A stretch of 64,000 nucleotides of DNA, taken from positions 268,770,001-268,834,000 of the forward strand of contig OZ024742.1 in the NCBI GenBank assembly GCA_964016885.1, read 5' to 3'. Made by a program: the position numbers and the translations under genes. Shown piece after piece: positions 57,293-64,000 of the stretch. This DNA comes from Eledone cirrhosa. Lineage: Eukaryota. The notes under the pieces are model-generated. The model was given only the letters and a program-made list of their open reading frames with translations. It was not told the origin of the DNA and did not search any database. Position 1 is the first letter of the stretch. Each line of letters opens with the position of its first letter.

Positions 57293-57554
57293 TAGCGAGG
57301 GAAAAGTGGTAAGGAACCAGGTGGACCATAACGCACCAAAGTACTCAATACTTAGGGTAGTAGAGTGGGTAATAGGAGTAAGTAAGACCCCGACGGCTGA
57401 GCTCAAGCCGTTGACGGCTAATTCTGTACTGAATGAAAAATCAGTTCTGGTATTTAAATAGCCGAACTTGTCAAGGGGCAATTCCATATATGGTCAAAGA
57501 GATAATCACCAGGATTGATCATCCCACAAGGTAGTAGTAATTCAGCGATGACAA
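57293..57554 (-). repeat. 3' pseudo-LTR
   Basis: Nearly identical to 61105-61367. Confidence 0.95.
57388..57478 (-). ncRNA. Broken copy of the pLTR hammerhead (2-nt deletion in GAAA)
   Basis: + strand GCCGTTGACGG here vs GCCGTTTCGACGG in the 5' copy. Confidence 0.75.
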
Positions 57555-57805
57555 GTTGGTGGGGGAGGTAGCCAAACCTGCCAGTAGGAGAAAAGGGGAG
57601 AGGGGGAGGAGTAGACCCATTCATACGTTGGTGGTGCCAGCTACAGCTGGGTGTGAGGTCAAATAGGAAGCAGGGGAGGGGGAGGGTGAGGAGGTCAATA
57701 CGGTAAGTAGAACGATGAAGATGTAAAACTGAAAAGGTACTGAGAGAGAAAAGAAATATAAGCGGACTCTGGTTACTAAGAAATAGGCTGAAGAAATAAA
57801 TAAAT

Positions 57806-58224
57806 AAGTAAATAAGAAATACATAAATAATATTCCACATAAGTAAATAAGAAATACAAAAATAATATTCCACATAAGTAAATAAGAAATACATAAAGAA
57901 TATTCCACATAAGTAAATAAGAAATACAAAAATAATATTCCACATAAGTAAATAAGAAATACAAAAATAATATTCCACATAAGTAAATAAGAAATACATA
58001 AATAATATTCCACATAAGTAAATAAGAAATACAAAAATAATATTCCACATAAGTAAATAAGAAATACATAAAGAATATTCCACATAAGTAAATAAGAAAT
58101 ACATGAATAATATTCCACATAAGTAAATAAGAAATACGTAAATAATATTCCACATAAGTAAGTAAGAAATACATAAGTAATATTCCACATAAGTAAATAA
58201 GAAATACGTAAATAATATTCCACA
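57806..58224. repeat. 35-bp minisatellite, 12 units (AAGTAAATAAGAAATACATAAATAATATTCCACAT)
   Basis: Head-to-tail units starting every 35 bp from 57806; no spacers. Confidence 0.95.
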
Positions 58225-58288
58225 AGAAATACATAAGTGAGTAAATAAACAAATAAGTGAGTAAAAGGATAGATAGATAGATTTAAAA

Positions 58289-58339
<51 letters not shown>

Positions 58340-58796
58340 ATAAAAATAATAAGAAAACAAATGATAATGATAGAAAAAAAACTAGGTGTGACGGAGATAA
58401 AGGGACCCTTAGGTGGGGTATAAGTGCGTGTATCGTACGGTGACGGGTCAACAGAGGGGGGGGGGGTCGGAATACTACAGAGACCACCACGAAAAAAAAA
58501 AATAATAATAATAATAATAATAAATGACGGTTTCTACCCCAAACACCGGGCCAGCAACCACCCAGTGCAAGAAAGTAGACTAGTACGAGAATGTAATTCA
58601 GGGTCCCGCAAAAAAATACTGGTGCTGACTCTAAGGGTACCGCCACGAAACAAAGTGTCTTATACAAGCTACAAGAAAAGTCGTACGAATTAAAAATAAA
58701 GAACGGAAAATTAATACAGGAAAAAGGGAGAAAAGGGAAAAAGGGAAAAAGAAGAAAGAGAAACTGGATTGATAAAAAAAAGTGTAAAGGAAGATC

Positions 58797-61013
58797 TTAC
58801 GTCTCCATAGGCAAGCAGAGGTTACCCATTACAAAATAGGCAAGTGGGGTGTTATAGGCTACCCCCCCCCCCGGGTCATTATGGGGTTTGAGGGCGAGGT
58901 AAGTCCTACGTAATCGGTGTTTACATGCAGTAACCAGTTCATCTTTCTTGTTAAGGAGTTGGTCCGTCGAAAACAGCATTTGTAATGTTTCCTCCGAGCA
59001 TAAATTGCACGGACGGCGTCCTCCCGTGTAGGAGTTGGCTCTGGACAGTAATTTCCAAGTGAGATCATAGTTGATGTTGTCCTTGAGGTCCCATATGTGG
59101 CCCGAAAGTGTGGTGGCGTGACGCCGGGCCGGGTTTCGGAAGGTATGTCTGTGTTGGTATAGCCGGGTCTTGAAGTCGCATGCGGTCAATCCTATATAAG
59201 CTTTGTTGGAGGTGTCCGTGCTCACGTTGCACTGGTAGATCACATTACGGTCTCTGCATCTGTTGTCGAGGGGGCAACTTGATCTATCAGGACAGTTGCA
59301 CCTCCTGGTCGGCTCTCCACTGCTATTTGGGTTGTTTCTTCCATCGGGGTTGAGTTTTTTGTTGTTGGAGGAGACGATGTTTTGTGCGAAGTTAGGTGTG
59401 GTGCTGTAAGAGAGTTTGATGGTATTTTTGTTAATTATGTTGTGGTAGCGGTGTTGTGGTGGGAAGTGTTTTTCCATGAGCCTAAAGAAAATTTTCCCGA
59501 TGGGAGTTGTCACCTCGGCGTTGTGGGGAGGATTGAACCATGTTACATTTCGTGAGCGGCGGTGTCGCCTGCTGGTTCCGCTAATGGGAGCTGGACAGTA
59601 GGATATTTCCTCCCGGAAACCGCTCCGCTTGAGGGCCTGGTTGAAGTAAGGCGCGTGTTCATCGAATATCCTCTCATTAGCTGACAAGCGGGATATACGG
59701 AGGGAGATGTTTTTGACCAGGTTGTTGGTGATGTTCCTGGGATGGTTAGATCTGCGGTGGATGTAGTGCAGGTTGTCATTGGGTTTCCTGTATGGGTAGT
59801 ACAGGTCATTGTTGAGATCGAGGGTAACGCCCAGGAAATTAACTCGGGTCAGGGACGTCTGTAGGGTTATTTTAAATCCCCAGTCGCGGAAGAAGCTGAT
59901 TAATTGTTTACGGACCCGGTCTGTACTACTGGGGTTGTACCCTTTAAGGGTAAGGAGCCCATCATCACGGTACAATCCACCACCAAAAGCCGGAAACATA
60001 TCGGTGAGTTTGGCTATCAGGAATAATCCTATAAGATCTGTGACCTCCGCCGAGTCGGTAGCGCCCATGCTGACGTCGAAGGGTGAGTCAGGAGCTCCTT
60101 TTATCCATTTGGAGTTGTCAAAGAGTAAGACTGTCTTCCTGGCGTGGAGGATGATTTTTCTTTCCTGGTCGGTGATGGGCACAAGTACTTCGGCGAAGTC
60201 CAAGGCGGCAGTGAGTAGCGGTAAGGTGATTGAAGCGTAGTAGCTCTCTATGTCGAACTGGATAAATTTAGTATCTCGTTTATCCTCCAAATTGCTGAAC
60301 CATGAGACAACTTCCTGGGTGTTAATCCATAGGCTAAGTCGGGCGTGTTGCTTGACTTTAGGTATCACGCGGTCTAGGATTTTTTTGCTGATTCTCCCTA
60401 TGTCGGACTTTGTTGGGTTTATAAGCCTGATAGATGGTTTACGGTCGAAATCAGATTTGTGGTCCTTCAGTGTAAAGTAGGGTGTCCGTGGGTCTAGGGG
60501 TTCGGTGCGGTCGGCGACCCCAAGGCTAGAGGTAATTTGTTGTCCATCTCGATTAATGTCCTCGAGGCATGAGTGGTTGGCCTTTTTATAGGTGGAGTTT
60601 AGGCTGCTCCTGATCAGTGTGTGGTATCTGTCTGGGTTGACAAAGTATAGGTTCCTAGTTTTATCCGAATGCGCCATGATGTCATTGGTGTTATCATACT
60701 CTGTTAAGTTGCTACGGAGTTTTTGTAGGAATCGGTTGTCTGGGTTTGAATTTAAGGTTCTTGACCAGTTGGAAGAGGTCATTCTCGAAGGGTGAGAGCA
60801 AAGGGTTCGGGGGGGGGGAGATTTGTAGGTAATAAATCCGAATCTCTCCTTGGTATCGAAGTCCTGATTGTCGCAGAATCTGTCGTAGAAAAAAGTTCTC
60901 CATCTAAGTCTTTTCGCAAATAGGTCGATTTTTTGCGTGAGCATCCGAAGGTAAAGTTTTTTCGGTGGGATTGGGATGTTCTTGGTAGAGAAGTCGATAA
61001 TGTGTTTTCGCAT
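58797..61013 (-). CDS. PLE reverse transcriptase / GIY-YIG endonuclease (Naiad-type); open frame, probably damaged
   Basis: First in-frame ATG at 61013 (MRKHIIDFSTKNIPIP); SDKTRNLY, TLKDHK, RLINPTKSDIG, FDIESYY, MGATDSAEV, LYRDDGL, CNCPDRSSCPLDNRC, VIYQC...YIG...FKTR..QH, CNLCSEE, LLN, CKH. Confidence 0.9.
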   Translation of the reverse strand: MRKHIIDFSTKNIPIPPKKLYLRMLTQKIDLFAKRLRWRTFFYDRFCDNQDFDTKERFGFITYKSPPPRTLCSHPSRMTSSNWSRTLNSNPDNRFLQKLRSNLTEYDNTNDIMAHSDKTRNLYFVNPDRYHTLIRSSLNSTYKKANHSCLEDINRDGQQITSSLGVADRTEPLDPRTPYFTLKDHKSDFDRKPSIRLINPTKSDIGRISKKILDRVIPKVKQHARLSLWINTQEVVSWFSNLEDKRDTKFIQFDIESYYASITLPLLTAALDFAEVLVPITDQERKIILHARKTVLLFDNSKWIKGAPDSPFDVSMGATDSAEVTDLIGLFLIAKLTDMFPAFGGGLYRDDGLLTLKGYNPSSTDRVRKQLISFFRDWGFKITLQTSLTRVNFLGVTLDLNNDLYYPYRKPNDNLHYIHRRSNHPRNITNNLVKNISLRISRLSANERIFDEHAPYFNQALKRSGFREEISYCPAPISGTSRRHRRSRNVTWFNPPHNAEVTTPIGKIFFRLMEKHFPPQHRYHNIINKNTIKLSYSTTPNFAQNIVSSNNKKLNPDGRNNPNSSGEPTRRCNCPDRSSCPLDNRCRDRNVIYQCNVSTDTSNKAYIGLTACDFKTRLYQHRHTFRNPARRHATTLSGHIWDLKDNINYDLTWKLLSRANSYTGGRRPCNLCSEETLQMLFSTDQLLNKKDELVTACKHRLRRTYLALKPHNDPGGGVAYNTPLAYFVMGNLCLPMET

Positions 61014-61104
61014 GGTGCGAGTGAAACAAAATGAGCCTGGCGGAAACGTCTGGATACGGCGTGGTAAGGTCGGAAAGTGCTCTACTACGGGGATAGGAGC
61101 TAGA

Positions 61105-61367
61105 TAGCGAGGAAAAGTGGTAAGGAACCAGGTGGACCATAACGCACCAAAGTACTCAATACTTAGGGTAGTAGAGTGGGTAATAGGAGTAAGTAAGACC
61201 CCGACGGCTGAGCTCAAGCCGTTTCGACGGCTAATTCTGTACTGAATGAAAAATCAGTTCTGGTATTTAAATAGCCGAACTTGTCAAGGGGCAATTCCAT
61301 ATATAGTCAAAGAGATAATCACCAGGATTGGTCATCCCACAAGGTAGTAGTAATTCAGTGATGACAA
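61105..61367 (-). repeat. 5' pseudo-LTR
   Basis: Direct repeat of 57293-57554. Confidence 0.95.
61199..61291 (-). ncRNA. Type I hammerhead with U3-A8 core and extended stem II
   Basis: Reverse complement reads CCCC-TTGACAA-GTTCGGCTA...TAGCCGTC-GAA-ACGGCT-TGAGCTC-AGCCGT-C-GGGG; GUC cleavage predicted between 61203 and 61202. Confidence 0.85.
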
Positions 61368-61380
61368 TATATATATATAT

Positions 61381-62069
61381 ATGAAAGACGTAAAATAAGA
61401 ACATTTTAAAAATTAAAAATTAACTTACTAAAATTTTCACTCCAACTAATTAGTTTCTGTAATGGGATAAAGATAGTTACGCAATGTAACCATCGATAAT
61501 TCATTACGTCATCAGGGAGTCTATTCTCAGCTAAGTCTCCAGGCAATGCGCGGACACTAGGGACTCATATAAAAATAATAATAATAATTCGGTGGATGGA
61601 ACAGCTAGCGGGGACTGACAAAGTTCACTGTCTCTGGTCAAATGGCAGATTCTAAAGAATCAATCACGTGACACTGAGGCTAGTCGGAAGGAGTGGGGTG
61701 GTAAAATGACAAAAGCCTACTACCACTACAATGAGTTAGTAGTGGTTTTGGCAGGTTTGCTCAACAAATAAATAATTTGGAGATAAATATAGAGAATTAG
61801 TATATTTACCAACATATGCGTACAGACGTACCCTAATGGTAGCAAATACATAAGTTATTTCATAGTACTTAGGTGGTTCAATGCAGGAGGATGCAGAACA
61901 ATTATATGAAAGACGTAAAATAAGAAAATTTAAAAAATTAAAATTTAACTTACTTACTAATAATTGTTCTGCATCCTCCTGCATTGAACCACCTAGGTAC
62001 TATGACATAACTTATGTATTTGCTAGCATTAGGGTACATCTGTACGCATATGTTGGTAAATATACTAAT

Positions 62070-62073
<4 letters not shown>
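61381..62073 (-). mobile_element. ORF-less PLE-derived cassette with direct and inverted terminal duplications
   Basis: 61381-61429 repeated at about 61906-61955; inverted arms at about 61791-61904 / 61960-62073; hammerhead at 61439-61520; microsatellite flanks. Confidence 0.7.
61439..61520 (-). ncRNA. Type I hammerhead, canonical core, long stem II, palindromic stem III
   Basis: Reverse complement reads ACTCC-CTGATGA-CGTAATG...CATTACA-GAA-ACTAATTAGT-T-GGAGT (GUU site). Confidence 0.78.
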
Positions 62074-62118
<45 letters not shown>

Positions 62119-62160
62119 GATAAAGTAGAAATTAAAAGATTGTTAAAAGAGTTCCATATA

Positions 62161-62226
62161 TATTTTATGCGCATTTCGAAAACAAAATTATCCTCGGACA
62201 GAATTGTGTTCTCATCAGATAAAATA
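62161..62226 (-). ncRNA. Hammerhead, inverted-arm copy with a 3-nt deletion in stem I
   Basis: Reverse complement reads TATTTTAT-CTGATGA-GAACACAA...TTTTC-GAAA-TGCGC-ATA-AAATA. Confidence 0.6.
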
Positions 62227-62298
62227 AGGTAACATGATATGAGGCATAATAGCACTTGGTTACAGGAAAATGCTATTATGCCTTATATCATGTTACCT

Positions 62299-62369
62299 TA
62301 TTTTATCTGATGAGAACACAATTTTTTCTCCCAGGATGATTTTGTATTCGAAATGCGCATAATAAAATA
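62299..62369 (+). ncRNA. Type I hammerhead, canonical core, palindromic stem III ATGCGCAT
   Basis: TATTTTAT-CTGATGA-GAACACAA...TTGTATTC-GAAA-TGCGC-ATA-ATAAAATA; predicted cleavage after 62361. Confidence 0.82.
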
Positions 62370-62409
62370 TATGGAACTCTTTTAACCATCTTTTAATTTC
62401 TTCTTTATT

Positions 62410-62594
62410 GGTGGATTGGCAGTATCAGTAGATAGTCGGACGCCATGTTTGATGCATAAAGTTACGGCCCTTGCCATTTTGAGTTCAAATCCCGACGAGG
62501 TTAACTTTGCCTTTCATCCTTACGGGGTGGATAAAATAAAGTACCAGTAATGCACTGGTTAATTGCTGGCCTTGTGCCAAAGTATAAACAATTA
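62410..62594 (+). mobile_element. Near full-length tRNA-derived SINE
   Basis: GGTGGATTGGCAGTATCAGTAG...GAGTTCAAATCCCGACGAGG...GGCCTTGTGCC...ACAATTATT. Confidence 0.85.
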
Positions 62595-62675
62595 TATATA
62601 CTCCAGTTCTACCAACTTTTGAGTGCTACTTGTCTAATATATGCATAGTTTTATTGTTCTACAATATTACTCACC

Positions 62676-62774
<99 letters not shown>

Positions 62775-62799
62775 CATATATATAGTAATAATAATAAAT

Positions 62800-63350
62800 T
62801 TGAAGATTAAAATCCTGAGAGGGCTCGATAAGGATAAATATATATCAAATATATAAGAACCGTAGAGCAAATATTTTTTTAAATAACAGGTGTGCTTTCA
62901 TCAGATAAAATGTAATATAGAGCAGTTTTATAGATAAATATTGACATACACTTAAAGAATGCAACATATTACTGTTGGAAGCTCCCGGGGAGCTTCCAAC
63001 AGTAATGGTTGCAAAATCAATGTTAAGGCCCTGTGAAAGACCCACTTACAGATTAAAGATTTAGAAAATCCAGGAGCTATCATAAAATCATTCATTAGCA
63101 ATACCTACCCTTTTAAGAAAGCCCACTCTACTAATAGGAAATGTGTTATATGCAAAGTGAACCCCTAGGTAAACTGTAAACTAGAAATGTAGTATATAGC
63201 ATAGGTGTACAGAGGGTACCTGCAGAAACATTACAACAACATACATTAGCGAGACAGCTCGAAGCATAGGAGAATGGATAAACCAACACGGGGGGGGGGT
63301 ATTAAAAGGACGAGAAATCGGTTCAGTACTATAGGAACACGCCATATCTG
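62800..63350 (+). mobile_element. Decayed PLE 3' fragment (GIY-YIG region)
   Basis: CVICK...NCKTRNVVYSI...YISETARSIGEWINQH across frameshifts at about 63140-63290. Confidence 0.6.
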
Positions 63351-63374
63351 TTTCTCTCTCTCTCTCTCCCTCTA

Positions 63375-63449
<75 letters not shown>

Positions 63450-64000
63450 ATTTGTACATAGATTTTATGAGTTTTTAGTATGTGTGTGTGTGTGTGTATG
63501 TGAGTAAGGGAGCTTGTGATTGTATGACTTTGAGTTTGAGGCCACTGTCTATGTGAAAACCATCTTTTAGTTGTATTTATGGGTGTAAGTGGATGAATAT
63601 GTACGCGCGAACAATAGAAGTTAGGCCATTCACCACCATGTAAATACTCGACGTGACTCGGTCTGTACAGTTATTTTTAATTACAGGTTATTCTTTGGTT
63701 GTGAATCCAGTTTTAGTTTAACAATTTCGTACTCCACTTCAAGGAATCTTTTCAACTTGTACACCTCTACACTTTTCCATATTTTGAGTGTGATGCGGTA
63801 AAGGAAGTAGTGTGAATTAAAAGGAAAATATTTTTCTAGCCTCAGACAACTCTTGCTATAGTAGTTCCCAGATATAAATATAATACTTATATCCATATTT
63901 GCTGACATATCGTGGTCAGATTAAAACTATTCAAAGAGGAATGTTTAGCAGAATGGTGTGTAAATGACATTCTAGACAATTTGAATTTTCCGCATCTTCC

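Larger units (their letters stand above)
57293..61367 (-). mobile_element. Near-intact Penelope-like retroelement (Naiad-type) with direct pseudo-LTRs, inserted in (TA)n
   Basis: Direct repeats 57293-57554 and 61105-61367; RT + C-terminal GIY-YIG; (TA)n immediately outside both ends. Confidence 0.92.
62120..62408 (+). mobile_element. ORF-less PLE-derived inverted pseudo-LTR cassette (arms 62120-62254 / 62271-62408)
   Basis: Inverted arms of about 135 bp, 16-bp spacer, a hammerhead in each arm, (TA)n on the left. Confidence 0.8.

Noticed and set aside
57806-58224. CRISPR-like array of 35-bp repeats
   Set aside because: Units are contiguous with no unique spacers, there are no cas genes, and the context is eukaryotic; it is a minisatellite. 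The hydrophobic ORFs across it (57454-58667) are repeat artefacts.
58797-61013. Selenoprotein-encoding Naiad (UGA recoding with SECIS)
   Set aside because: The ORF has no in-frame UGA, so no recoding is needed; no SECIS was recognised.
61014-61217. N-terminal extension from the TTG start given in the ORF track
   Set aside because: It starts inside the hammerhead, upstream of the predicted cleavage site, and looks non-conserved; the ATG at 61013 is preferred.
57293-61367. LTR retrotransposon suggested by 262-bp direct repeats
   Set aside because: No TG...CA ends, PBS, gag, protease or integrase; RT + GIY-YIG identifies a PLE with pseudo-LTRs.

Overview
A 64-kb eukaryotic, gene-poor window made almost entirely of transposable elements and microsatellites. 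No host exon can be supported. The abundant tRNA-derived SINE (core ...AAATCCCGCCGAGGTTGACTTTGCCTTTCATCCTTACGGGGTCGATAAA...) resembles the dominant octopus SINE, so an octopod cephalopod is likely (recognised by eye, not searched). Contents: two long and one partial Tx1/L1-clade LINEs (- strand); two long and one short R4/Dong RLE-type LINEs in (TAA)n; a nearly intact Naiad-type Penelope-like element (PLE) with pseudo-LTRs in (TA)n; several decayed PLEs; decayed Academ (XPG/Cys8), Chapaev3 and mariner DNA transposons; about 9 SINE copies. Notable signals: (1) at least 12 type I hammerhead ribozyme motifs, several with the compensatory U3-A8 core, palindromic stem III or very long stem II, many in short ORF-less cassettes anchored on (TA)n; (2) three inverted duplications of different ages centred exactly on (TA)n tracts; (3) apparent (ATT)n targeting by the Tx1 LINEs; (4) a 163-bp perfectly identical conversion-like tract across a Dong/SINE junction. 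All alignments and folds were done by eye.
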